Below are positions 12,401 to 23,600 of a DNA stretch of 64,000 nucleotides, in pieces. The DNA lies in NCBI GenBank assembly GCA_051294905.1, contig CM119384.1, positions 5,146,001 through 5,210,000 on the forward strand, read 5' to 3'. The position numbers and the translations under genes are program-made. Source of the stretch: Botryllus schlosseri. Taxonomy: Eukaryota. How positions within the stretch are numbered: the first letter of the stretch is position 1; each line of letters opens with the position of its first letter. The notes below the pieces were generated by a model. It was not told the origin of the DNA. It ran no database searches and was given only the letters and a program-made list of their open reading frames with translations.

Positions 12401-14624
12401 CTGGCTATCACTACATTGATATTGAACGGAGTGTAAAACGGGTTTCTATACTTGCTACCGATATTATCACATAAACAAGTTGTCCGGTAGCCAACACCCC
12501 AATCGCACGGATTTGGTTTTTATGCTACAATAATCATTAAATCAAGATGGATCCCATACGCCTGCTATATTTTTCACATTAGACAACGATATATTTTTCA
12601 TTGATTGGTTGGGTGAGCATCATTCACTGACTACCTACATGTAGTGTATTTCGTTCCTGATGTTGTGATTGCGGGTCAAGCTCACAGCAGGAGAGTCACT
12701 AAATATTCACAAACGGAAAGCTGGATATTTCAAGCAAACTTATGTAACAAAGCAAGTCAAATTTTTGAGCTTGGCAAGAGGCATGCTCGTTTAGTTTTGA
12801 TTCTTTTATGCTGCCAGCGCCATGCGTAGAGTGGCCCAAAGTTGAAATGCAAAGAATATCAATCGAAAATATAATGTGAAAAATTGTAATATATAAACAA
12901 AGGCTCACAGTGCGGAACCTACCAAGGTTCGTTGGTGAACGAGAACCTCTAAATTTCTGAAGTACAAATATGAAATGGCGTATGGCCTGCAAAACAGTCT
13001 TCTGACTCAGCCTGGTCTGGTATGTTTAGGCTTAGCTGATTTGGGATAAGTGAAATAGTAGCAATTTACAATTGAATTTTTTGACAAACTATATTCGATT
13101 ATCTGTAAATGTTTTGCGCTACATGCGATTAGCCTCATTACGTTATTTGGATATAAACACCAGTTTTTATTGATAAATCCATAACCAATTCCTAATGAGT
13201 TCAGGGGCCTTGCAATGACTAGAAACCAGAGCTGATCAAGTGATCAGCAATGAAGTACTTCATTTTAGAGCTTCATTCCTATTCCCACTTGAAGTAAATT
13301 TGACATGTCTTGGAGAAAACTACTTCTAGTGATCGAGTAAAAGTTTATATCTTTACTTCTACTGTAGGCTTACCATAAAGAGGACACTTTTTCAGAAATT
13401 TGAGACTTGCAAAACCGGAGAAGAATTCTCAAAAACCGGTGAATTTTTCGCACTTTGTGATCGGTTGACTAAAAAAAAGGTCATGCTAGGTGGATGACTA
13501 GAAATTTTAAAAAAAGCCGTTTTTAACTTCGAAATATCCGCCGGAGCGTAACTTCTGTGCTCATTTACGGCATATTACTCGCAATTTGCTCTAAATCTGA
13601 CCTAAATATTCCAAAGAGAGGACAAAATCTCAAAAAAGAGGACAAATCCTCTTAAAAGAGGACGTATGGTAACCCTATTCTACTGTAGTACCAACGCTGA
13701 ATAATTTGACCGCCTCTGCTAGAAGCTTGGTGCGGTTTCATGGGTTATATATTTTCAGCTCGTGGGTCGAATAGGCTGCACGCTACTGCTATAGACCGTG
13801 TCTTTGGTTACTCACCACAGTAGTTACGGTGCTTTCAGTGAAGTTAGGGTGTGTGGATCGTAACGGACCTGAAGCCGGCCCATTTAAGGATGTGATGTAA
13901 CTCTAATGCATACATCAACTGTCTTCCTTGCATTGTGGCTCAATTGTGTTGTCTTCATTTGACAACGCAGCTCGTCATTTGAAATTATGACTCTGATGCT
14001 GCCTTCAACATTCGTTTGCTGACAGGCTTACAGACCCACACTTCATCTTGCGATACGTAATTTGGTTGTGGAAATTCAATGAGAGAATTCTTTTACAGAC
14101 GGAATAGAGTTTTATGTCTCCGAGAATGGTGTGATATTGTCAGAAGGCCGCGACGGAGTCCTGCATCCGAAGTACTTCAAAAAAGTCGTAAACAGGGTCG
14201 GAGGAACTGGTCAGTTTATTTCATTATGTTGTTGCATCACTGCACTGTTTGGTTTCTTATATGCCATCCTGAATTTATGTTTTGGTGGAATCTTATGAAT
14301 AGGGCTGGGGGCAATGATTCCAAATCAAAACGATTAGTGTGCTATAAGAGTGAATTTGTCATCAACGTCTACTGATCTTGATCTGAAGTACTGTCACGTG
14401 CAGTATGAAATTGTCATCTGCCAACTTCTCCCAAAAATATATTGAACTCCGTGTCATTTGCTGAGGATTGTATTAGTACATGTTCGTTTGATCATGTCTA
14501 CAGTTTCTGCTGTACATTTGTGTTGTGGCGTGATGGCTAGACCATCTTTCTACAATAATCAAAACATTCGCTTTAATTTTGTGCAGACCGTGAAATACCG
14601 ATCAAAGGAAGAGAGAAGCTATGA
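1841..14624 (+). CDS. Multi-exon RNA-end-processing fusion protein, ~1074 aa: RWD + MJ1316/DUF504 + low-complexity linker + degenerate 2H phosphoesterase (LENG9/AKAP7-like) + Tpt1/KptA (TRPT1)
   Basis: Exons: 1841-1973, 3260-3698, 4226-4492, 5053-5222, 5969-6230, 6291-6475, 7455-7733, 7915-7995, (optional 27-nt 8063-8089), 8597-8782, 9150-9343, 9422-9569, 10486-10683 (or 10668), 11046-11082, 11390-11487, 11563-11732, 11793-11909, 12136-12247, 14099-14209, 14587-14624. All introns are GT..AG, all junctions are phase-matched, and the total of 3225 nt is open to TGA at 14622-14624. AATAAA at 15084. The last exon is the least certain. Confidence 0.75.
3670..4492 (+). CDS. LENG9: MJ1316/DUF504 RNA-repair-associated domain (LENG9-like)
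   Basis: Spliced MKTAKDVINR|LKWDEQLKHEEFIVGYEDRFDGIKEV...LAIPEHRIEHFKWNSILLWEKSTRTDDVFGS matches the DUF504 pattern (A.DVI.RI.WD, F.VGY.DRF.G..E, IP.HRI..F, WD/E+..R.D.VFGS). The symbol indicates domain similarity only; orthology is not established. Confidence 0.88.
6540..7072. mobile_element. Non-autonomous hAT MITE, 533 bp, with many GACTCGAGTC subterminal palindromes
   Basis: TIRs TAGGGTTGTAA / TTGCAACCCTG. Identical 8-bp TSD GTGATTCC at 6532-6539 and 7073-7080. Confidence 0.92.
9150..10660 (+). CDS. 2H phosphoesterase-like fold (AKAP7/LENG9 type) with degenerate catalytic motifs; three exons of the fusion gene
   Basis: YQYCIVADIEGHQLRELQNLQRQLV...EDFLFVNIASIAFDNFEERRVLEK|ALVQVCKEMKPFL...FRDLAKKLRQRIPSD|VDVTLLPHVQLVNVS follows the AKAP7-like layout. 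Motif 1 reads F-V-N and motif 2 reads H-V-Q instead of H-x-T/S. Recognised by eye only. Confidence 0.55.
9740..9965 (-). repeat. Interspersed repeat family A copy containing a minimal hammerhead-like core (9825-9858, minus strand)
   Basis: Reverse complement reads ACCC-CTGACGA-G-TGTCAGC-C-GAAA-ATAT-T-T-GGAT. About 220 bp align by eye with 47660-47860 and 51630-51770. Confidence 0.7.
10270..10380. repeat. Repeat family B (AGTAGAAGT/ACTTGAGTA-rich, MITE-like). Related copies near 8080-8220, 8395-8430, 22465-22560, 24030-24170, 27275-27510, 34530-34790 and 50810-50945
   Basis: Shared AGTAGAAGT, CCACTTGAGTAAGT and GATTTGC motifs. The copies at 22465 and 27275 begin TAGAGGTGGT. Boundaries are approximate. 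Confidence 0.55.
11390..14209 (+). CDS. TRPT1: Tpt1/KptA NAD-dependent RNA 2'-phosphotransferase domain (six exons), C-terminal module of the fusion gene
   Basis: Spliced SKKLSGILRH...GFHIDQ|DGYIEV...NAKKRF...KIRATQGHTVK|GVDL...VIHGT...GLCRMK|RNHIHM...SGMR...FIYVDLKKAME|DGIEFYVSENGVILSEG.DGVLHPKYF. All Tpt1 signature motifs are present (RH, KxRF, RAxQGH, HGT, RxHIH, SxNGVIL). Confidence 0.95.
12320..12975. mobile_element. Internal fragment of the hAT-type element found complete at 59064-60029
   Basis: Long colinear similarity to about 59300-59990, with shared strings such as GAGTGTAAAACGGGTTTCTATA, GAGAGTCACTAAATATTCACAAACGGAAAGCTGGATATTTC and AACCTACCAAGGTTC. TIRs are missing. Confidence 0.85.
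13365..13677. mobile_element. Non-autonomous hAT MITE, 313 bp, with AAGAGGACA subterminal repeats
   Basis: TIRs TAGGCTTACCATA / TATGGTAACCCTA. Identical 8-bp TSD TTCTACTG at 13357-13364 and 13678-13685. Related ends at 56830-56947 and probably 50180-50643. Confidence 0.9.
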
Positions 14625-15139
14625 ATATTCAAATCATCAGTTGTGAAAGGCTTCATTGCCACTGTATGTTACCTGATCAATGTCACAAATTTCTTTTGAC
14701 TATCGTTACCAATATATTTGTTACCTGCATTGTGCAGACAGGCACACAGTAAGTAGTCCAGTGGTTGCAGGCTGTTTTTCAAGCGGAAAAGCATATAGCC
14801 AGAAACATTGACACCAAAACATGTAGATATTTTCAATGGTTTATCTGACAAGCAGCTAACCTGAGATGTTTCTGACCTAGGCCGAGTCCAGTGATTCCCA
14901 AACTTTCTATGAGCATACCACCTAGTTAAATCGACAACAACCAAAATCAGTTTCAAACAAACCAAGATTTGGATAGAATGTGTTCAAATTGTGGCAAGGT
15001 TTGATGATTAACAACCGATACTGCAATATCGCGCTAAGCGCTTGAAAATGTTCAGGTATCTGATATAATCGTTGTTATAATATAATAAAAGTATATGTGT
15101 TGCACCATTGGGTCATTGCTACATTAAAGATTCTCAGTT

Positions 15140-15207
15140 ACTGGTTTACTTGTACCATCCAGTTTCGGAAGGCACTGGTTTACTTGTACTATCCAGTTTC
15201 GGAAGGC
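15140..15207. repeat. 34-bp tandem duplication (2 copies)
   Basis: ACTGGTTTACTTGTAC(C/T)ATCCAGTTTCGGAAGGC occurs twice with one mismatch. Confidence 0.85.
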
Positions 15208-15597
15208 CCAGCGTGTTAAGTCTTGAAAGATTTTTTTTCAATTTAAAAATTGGCTGAAGTTAGCACTTGAGATGCTCCCACGTACCACAATTTGGGAACC
15301 ACTGCTATAGTCAGCAGAAATATGACAATGCTCAAAATGGTTGGCCAATCGGTAACGGGATCCATAGAAATCAGTTTAATGTTAAGCATCTACCAAGTAA
15401 ATAATTGGCGCATTCGGGCAACATCAGGCGCCGTCCCAGCATATTAAAACAGATCATTTCACGTATGCTGCTTAGCCGAGACTTGCATCCAGCAGTATTT
15501 CACCAACCCTTGGGCAACAAAACGTTGGGGATATTGGCCTTGGCGTTTGGCATCAGGCTTAAATAGATTAGCACATCCACTTGACATGCTGAGACCA

Positions 15598-17417
15598 TTA
15601 GCCGCCAGATTTCTTCTTCGATTTCGATCTGGTGACAATGGTAGTCCAACCATCTTCATCTTGTACTTGCCTCCTACTGCTACAAGCCGCACCGTTGTTC
15701 TGATTTTGAGTTTCAACTTCGTCAGTGGCGAGATTTAGCGACGCCATAGTTTCCTCCTCATTTGATACTGCCATTGGTTCATCCTGCCCAGCAGACGCAA
15801 TCAGTTTAGAAGTCAAATTCCAGAGCATGAACTCAATTCAAATATACCAGAATAAGTCCAGTCTCAGACTTTACTACATTCCTTCCCCCCTCATAGTCAA
15901 ATAACTAAGCATAGTTGAACACTTCATAGTTTTAGCAAACCCGTTGCGAGTTCAAGGTTGGAGCAATACCACCAAGAAGGCTTCTTGAGAACCACTGCAT
16001 TAGACAGTACTAAACTATTATAAATTGTGCTCTTGTGTGAATCCAGTTTCAATATCTAGGCCTAAATTGGTTGAATGGCTTCACTGTATAAAATATACTC
16101 AGTTACCTCATCGTCTCCCTGGTACACACATTCAGCCAAATTGACTTGCGGCATTGCCTTGATCTTGTTGCGAAGTTCCTCCAAATTATTCCTCGACCAC
16201 AGACCGTATAGTTGACATATTTCTTTTGCAATCTGAGGAATGAGAAAATTACATTTCATCCGCATGTCTCAGCAAGTGGCAGCAATTCGGTGAAACATGA
16301 CGATGCCGTATTGTCTTCATAGCCATCATGAGATCACACCATCGGAAGTTGAATGGTAGCAATACAAACACTGACTACCCCTGCTGGTCAAAAAGGTTGC
16401 ATGTATATTCACATTCAGATACATTCTAGGAAAGACATACACCAAAATATTTTAAACTTAATTAGAGTTTCAACAGAGTTTTAGGACATGGTTCTCCAAA
16501 GCAGCATTGCCAAGACTTTGCTCTTGTCACGTCTAAATTAGCTCATAATTAGGCTATAGTTAGTTCAACATGGGTTCTGAAATCAAACTCATTGTTGTAG
16601 CTAGCCGAAAAAAGTATCAACGGCATACCAACCGCATAAGGACTGTTGTCTTCTAATACTGTGTCAAACTCTTCGTTCATGATTTGACTGATGAATTCCT
16701 CCACCTCAAAGTCTTCAAGACTATCTGCACAAAAAGAGAATATCACTGTCAGCCGTATGACCTATAAAGGCTTATAGTGGTCAGTTGCACGTTACTATTG
16801 TCGAGACTTAAGTTATCGTAGGCTGCGGTCCAGACTATATAATATACATCATCGTAACTAACGTAACGCGACGAATAACAATGAAAATGGGAAGGCCTTA
16901 CGAAAAAATATTCAGTTCCCTGAAATAAGGTTCATTTTGCTCATTTGATATTTTCACCCTATCCAAAAACTATTCCCTACTTTAAAAAATCTCAAGTGTG
17001 AAAAAGGAATTATTTTTCAACAATTTTGTATACAGTATACCAAGACCAAGTTATCCTACAATTGAATGTCTTCTAAAACATTTCCCGCAGTAGATATTTG
17101 ATCAAACGGACAAGCAGATAAGCACTACTGCACAACATAACTCACACAACTTGATACGCCTGTCAAAAGAAGAAATGTACATTCCATACTTACCATTTTC
17201 TGCAAAGTACGTTTCTATAACACCAACGAACCATTGAGCTTTCTCTGCGCTATGTTGTCCGCCAAGCCCATGAGATACGGCAAGCTACAAAACAGCAATT
17301 AGGCACATTTACTAACATAACAAATCATAAGATTTTCATATACCAGAGTACCTGCAACGCTGTCCAGCTCTTCAGAACACCCTGAATAGCGATATAAAAT
17401 TCAGAGCGTTCACTCAT
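15598..17417 (-). CDS. TSR2: Pre-rRNA-processing protein TSR2 homolog, 186 aa
   Basis: Exons 17352-17417, 17194-17284, 16633-16724, 16107-16232 and 15598-15783 are phase-matched and total 561 nt. Protein MSERSEFYIAIQGVLKSWTALQ|LAVSHGLGGQHSAEKAQWFVGVIETYFAEN|DSLEDFEVEEFISQIMNEEFDTVLEDNSPYA|IAKEICQLY... with C-terminal DEDGWTTIV. WTALQLAV..G.GG, EFDT..ED.S and DGWT are TSR2 (WGG-family) hallmarks. Confidence 0.93.
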
Positions 17418-18100
17418 TTCGAGTATATTACTTTGCTAATCCACACCACTGTACAGCGAAACCGTATACAAGGGTAAAAGACTGCAATGCTAATTAGGGC
17501 TGATTAAAACAATATACTTTTATGCAAATGGTGTTGGCTTGTTGATTAAATTGTCGGGTTGCCTAAAAATGCATTCTACATCGCCTATACACCGGTGCAT
17601 GCCACATGTAGTAAGTACATTAGTCAGGATTTTCTATATTGTGGACTACCTTCACCCTGGTGCCCTGACTCGCCAAAATAATTAATGCAGACATCGCTGA
17701 CATTTGTATATCCAATGATATATATATCATTGATATATCGTACAGCTTTCATCGCCTAAATTCATGCGTCAATCAAGAATCAACATACACACGTGACATA
17801 CATCCGACACGGCTTATGCTTTTTGGAACCAGCTGGCACATTTCCGTGACTTATCGACTTGCCACTTCTTGAAATTGTTTGGCGCTGTCATTTTACAGCA
17901 GGCGCATTGTGATATATACATGGGTACTTTCTGCGTTTTTTTTCGAACTTTAGTTAGGCAGGTATGGATAGGATAAGTCCTTTTGAATACTTCGTATCAG
18001 CCCTCAAGGATATTGGACCATAGTAATTTACAGCGTAAAGGCTATGATTGGATCTGCTGGACCATGATCTGGCTGGCATCGACCTCGCCTACCCAGTACC

Positions 18101-18642
18101 CAGTGATGGCTTTTGGGGTGGGCGAGGTGGGCGGTCACCCAGGGCCCCCTGGTTGAAGCCCCCTCTTTTGTTTAGCTTTTTTTCAGAGGTTTATTGCGAA
18201 TAGACGTGGAAATCCGTGTACCGATAAAGAAGATGTTAGAAGCGTCCCATATCCCGATAATCATCAATTCTCTGCTTCGGTAGGCTACTTAGTTTTGATA
18301 TACACTTGTACACTGTACAGTCTATCCTTGCAACCATGCAATAATAGATATGACCTAATCGAGCGCCTGACTCAGACCTTGACGTCGTGTGCTGACTTAT
18401 TTACTATAATGTCAGTCGATAGCTTTCCGGATTAGTGTGGTCTATTTAGCCTGTAGCAGTTGTATCGCTATTCTATTTAGGCCTGCTTCAGTGTCGTGTC
18501 ATATACACATCACGTAATTCCGTTACATATGGCTCACTAATATTAAGTTGGTGATAATAGGATGCTGCCGGGGGAGGAGCTGCGAACACATAGCCTACTC
18601 TCGTCCTCTAGTCTCGCCCACTCAATAATAGGGCCACCTCTG
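18101..18642. mobile_element. Non-autonomous hAT MITE, 542 bp
   Basis: TIRs CAGTGATGGC / GCCACCTCTG. Identical 8-bp TSD CCAGTACC at 18093-18100 and 18643-18650. Confidence 0.88.
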
Positions 18643-19665
18643 CCAGTACCCACCCTGACCCACACAGGCCGCATTCATTTTCACGCTAGTCCTTTTATGT
18701 TATCCTTTTTTTCTTTCATCCAGTTAACATGTCTCTTTAAATGCTATAGCCAAGAGGTTTCTGGCCAGTGGGTCATGGACGACTGGTATGGGTCACAGGA
18801 GAATTTTGAGGTGGGCCACAGAGCTATTTGGAAAATTGTAGAATTAGTGAAAGTTTAGTTATATTTGTTATGTCATTTCCTCAAAAATGTATTCATATTA
18901 TCGAATTATACGTAGGCTACATAAAGCTTTGCATCCGACTCTGACGAGACGTAGCGGCACTTAACAATACTTTCTTCAGACGTGCAACTATAGAGACTAC
19001 ATCCTCTATAGTGCAACGTAGGCTACCGCAGTCAATCAAGTGTCTCATTATAAAGACAACTCTTTAAAATCGTTTTGATCCCAACGATGGTGTACAAAAA
19101 CCTTTTTCGGCCAAACAAGTTTGGGATTTTGTACAAGAACTTCTAGCTAGTGCTTGGATGAATCCAGCCCTCCTATCCAAAATAGCCTACAGCATATTTT
19201 CCGCGAGTGAGAAATGCTTGCTGACAGAAATCGTTTTTAACAGCTAGTATCACACAATGGTCTCGAAGGCCCCAGGTCTTCGAAGGTGTGCAAATCCCAC
19301 ATCTCTCTACCTTATGATTTAGCTGCTCCAACTTGTCTTCTGTCTTGGTGCGTCTTTTTGGCGCTGAACAGCTGGTGCCTAATTGACACGCAACCGCAGG
19401 TAGCATACAACAATGCAGTTGGATTCAATTCTGTACATCATGAGTAGGCTATTTTCCCTAGGCGCGAAGTCAAATCTACGGATGGCATTATACATCGTAA
19501 AGAAAAATTTCAAGTTAAATAGATCTGCCCAACAATACTCCACCGTTTGTTAATTTACGAAAAATGCTGGAAGAGTGGCATGGCCCTTCTGGCTACGCCT
19601 TTGATGTCGACTCATGACCTCATTTTCTCGCGGCAATCCGAAGCAGTCCAATCAGAATGGCATGT

Positions 19666-19982
19666 CAGTGGTGGCTTTTGGGGTGGGCGGTCGCCCGCCA
19701 CCCCCCCCCCTTTTGGTTTTACCGCTTTTTTCAAGGGTTCTAGCGAATAGACGTGGAAATCCTTGTACCAATCAAGAAGATGATCCCGTTCAGATAAGTC
19801 AATCTTCAAATCTCCGCATTTGTTATTAAAGTCCCATATCACGACAATAATGAAGTCTCTACACGGCTGTTACGTTGGTACGCGAAAGGGGGGTCTGAGC
19901 CCTCCAGAAGCTGCGATTACATACTTATAGCCCCCCCCCGGAAGTCTCGCCCAGGGCCCCCCCAATCATAGGGCCACCACTG
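19666..19982. mobile_element. Non-autonomous hAT MITE, 317 bp, same family as 18101-18642
   Basis: Perfect 10-bp TIRs CAGTGGTGGC / GCCACCACTG. Shares GCGAATAGACGTGGAAATCC and GTCCCATATC with the 18.1-kb copy. Flanks share ATGGCAT (imperfect TSD). Confidence 0.85.
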
Positions 19983-20668
19983 ATGGCATCCATTTCATTG
20001 CTTATCCTTTTACGTTCTCCGTTTACAATTACATGCTCTGTGCCAATGTGGGTGCCTGATTAAAAAGACTACGTTACTTACAAACAACACCCTCTTTTCA
20101 TTATATCGCAACCTTGTGGTTTTTTAATCGATAAAACTTTCAGTAAATGATTTGCTACGGTAGGTTTGACGGGACAAAATATACAGAGGTCCCTAAACCC
20201 ATAGTTGGTTTTAAGGTACGACGACCGACCCTGCCGATGCGATGGCGCAGTTTTCCATAAGTCAAATGCAACAAGCCTTCTGTGATTATAACGCCCACCC
20301 AAACATTCATCATATCAACCAGCCAATTTCAAGCGTTTCATAATATTCGGTGTTATATACAGCAGCATGGTACGCAACGAAATAACATTGACACGCGACA
20401 GCAGAACAGTTTCCGTATAACCGTGAACGAACGAATAAAAAGCGCAAGGGCGCCATAGTAAAATCGCGACACTCGAAAGCAAGGACACTATACTAAAACC
20501 AATAGGCTAAAAGCGATGAAGTTCGAGGAGTCGTGTATAATGTATATAACGCGGGCGCAGTAACAGGAATGAAATTATTCATAAAAGAAAAGATAGAAGA
20601 ATCTTGAGTACGGCAATAACAGGGTAGTAGCAATAAAATAATCATGAAGTAACACGTAAAATGTCGCG

Positions 20669-23600
20669 CTACGAAGTGTCAGTGACTTGAAAGGCTTCGT
20701 TAGTTTGCGGGCTGGCGTCAGACTGTACGCCCGCACCGGTGCTACCGTCGCTGACATTGCAACCTGCGAGACTAGTCGGTCGGCTTGAAAAATCACTAGC
20801 TGTCGACACCGAAGCTCCCGAAGACTCGCCGCTGGACGAACTCAACCGTGATCCATTGATTGACAACCCCGCCAGATTCAGCGAGAGCCGAGAAGGCGTC
20901 TCTTCGCCGTACACGTCTTCGCGCTGCACTTCTTCGCCTTGCGTGACTTTTGCGAACACGAATTTCCAGCGCTTCATCTGGTCTGCGCTGGTGGCGGCGA
21001 AGCAGAGGGTCTTGCGCGCTTGGACTAGTTTGAAGGAGAACTCGCGGTCCAGCGCGGCGTCTTCTACTATGGTGAAACCGAGGAGAGGCATGGTCATCGC
21101 GGCTCTTACGTCCTGTAAATAGTACACGTGTATGTTTATAGTGCAGCATACAGTAGTTCTACTTTTCCGTAACACACGAAGGTTTCAGCTACTTGTTTCA
21201 TATGATAAAGTCGTATGTTTTGTACACAACTTCAACTTCAACAGAGAATCCATGATAAGTTCAATATGATGTCTGATGTGATGTGAGAGTGCAATATGAC
21301 GCAAATTTCTTCGATTTTATCCCATCAACAATCGTAGAATGCAATGAGTCAAGCATTCAGTCGCTTTTCATTATCAACTTCTTTCGATTACAATATATTG
21401 AACTCACCAAGAAAACAAACAGCTTATGAAATACAACCTCGAACACATGACAAACCTGATTAGCTCCGTATACGTAGAGACAAGGCTCGTTTCCCGGTAT
21501 CACACACCACATTTTGGTCCACGGCTTGCGCTTATCGGCTTCGGAAAAGAACAGATACTCCGATATCACGCTGTCTTCTGACACCACGTCGGCTTCGATC
21601 TGTCGAAAAAAATTCATTTAAAGCGCGAACATGTCACAGTCACCAGAAAGGTTATAAATAATACTTCGTTTATAACAAAGTTTGCTCATTATTACGTAGA
21701 TCCTTCTACAAGGTCAAACGGGGCATGATGAATGGTCTAATCACGCATTTTGTGTGAGACGTGTCCGCCTCCCTTTGTTACGCATAGGGCACGGAGCACC
21801 AGCTGACCCCATAGGAGTAAACTTAACCATATTGTCAATTCTGTAATGGGTACAAGGTGTTTTTCACGGCTTGTCATTATTGAAGCAATTTGGTCAGAGA
21901 TGGCTGGTCGGGGTTTAGGAGTATTACAATTACAAATAAATTCAGTCTCGTAACCGCGCGAATGGCACACATCTGTGGACAGCTTTCGTCGCTTCTTAGT
22001 ATACAGTTATACCACAGCACTTCCAAGACAACTGATTAAAACTAGAGCCTACAAACATTTCACAAGTTAAATTAGAATCGGTATGCCAGTATTTCGCTCC
22101 AATTAGCTAACTATAATTATTATCGGGTCGTCCAAGTGTGATCTAGTCAGATTATGAGCTCTGCAAGCTCAACAACGGAACGGGATTCAGATTTATAACA
22201 TAGCTATCAATCTCTGACAGTCACAATGAATTTCCCGCTTGGAAAGGTGGTAAGTAGCCACTAGCCACACAGATCGAAGGGTGCATACTTGCAAAACGCT
22301 CTTCTTGTCGGCACCGTCGTTGCCTTTGCGACCCGTTAGCACGGCGTGACACTTGTTGCAGACTTTGTGCGGCTTGCCGGGCTCGTACAGTAGCTCGAGC
22401 TTGTGATCGGAACATTCCGTGCACACAACCTGCGCGAGGAACAAGCACGCTTTAGTTCACTACTTTTTAGAGGTGGTCAAAGCAGTCGATGTTGTTGGTA
22501 CTAGAGTTGAAGTAATTAGGTAAATTTTGACTCAATTACAAGAAGCGATTTCTAAGACATGCCTAAACTACTTTAAGCGGAAACCGAAAATGGAGATATA
22601 AAAAGTACTTGTGTAGTTGCAAAAAAGTGAGCACGAGGGGTCGCATACAACAAGAAAAAGCAGATGTAGTCAAAAACATGAAGCACTTGGGCGGATATTG
22701 AAATGAACCTGAATATTTTCGGCTGTAAATCGTCGGGGGTAATCGTCAATAATACCAAATGAATATGCTATTCAACTGTACATTGAAATAAACCCAATTT
22801 TATTCAATTGTATATATATGTGCTTCGTTACTGACCACCGCTGGGTTTCATAAATGATATTAGTATTCTATATTACTCATTGTCAATAACGCTAAGATTT
22901 TTCGAAAACTGAATACAAGAAAAGTGTATATAGACAGGCGTATGTAGTACGCCGCCATTAAAATAACCATCGCGACACAACCAAATAAGACGCGTCATTC
23001 ATCAGACAGTGTATTATGACGTCACAAGACGCGTCGAAATGAAAATATTCAGAATCGCGACCACATTCAGTGTTGCGCTGACTTCGAACGCGAAACAATC
23101 ATGCTGCTCGGCACATCGGCTAAAATCGTCGCTTCCGCGGCTATGGCAATACTCATCGGCACCACCACGTTCGTAACCAATTCCGGGGAGCAGCTGCCAA
23201 GCGTTGAGGATACGAATTTCGAGTCTGCGATAGAAGAAACCTCAAGCACCGCAGACCCGTTCTTTCGCAAGCACCGCAAAACGCCAGGCGAATTTCTCTG
23301 CTTAGCTTTGAACAAAGCCATGCCTTCGATAGTTGGCGACGATTTGGCGGACCCTAAGACTTTCCGATCGTGCGTAGGCGCTCTGACTGTCATTGGCCTG
23401 CCTCCTACGCTGCTAATCATGTCGGTGATCACGGCTGTCGCGCAGCAGATGAAATATTTAGGCCAGGGGCTTTTGAGAAGGATGTCGGCGCATGATTCTA
23501 AGAGCTTGGTGGTGACGTGATATGATTTGGAGAATATATTATTACGAATTGGATCGGTTTGGTAGTGTTTTGCGGCGTTATCAAGGGTGGCAAAGTTTAG

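Noticed and set aside
19173-19406. ORF with CGIC...LRDH resembling a BED zinc finger
   Set aside because: Spacing is wrong, the final His is missing, and no transposase continuation was found. At most an unrecognisable relic.
18650-20050. Segmental duplication explaining the two related MITEs
   Set aside because: Upstream flanks and TSDs differ. The downstream similarity is short and AT-rich.
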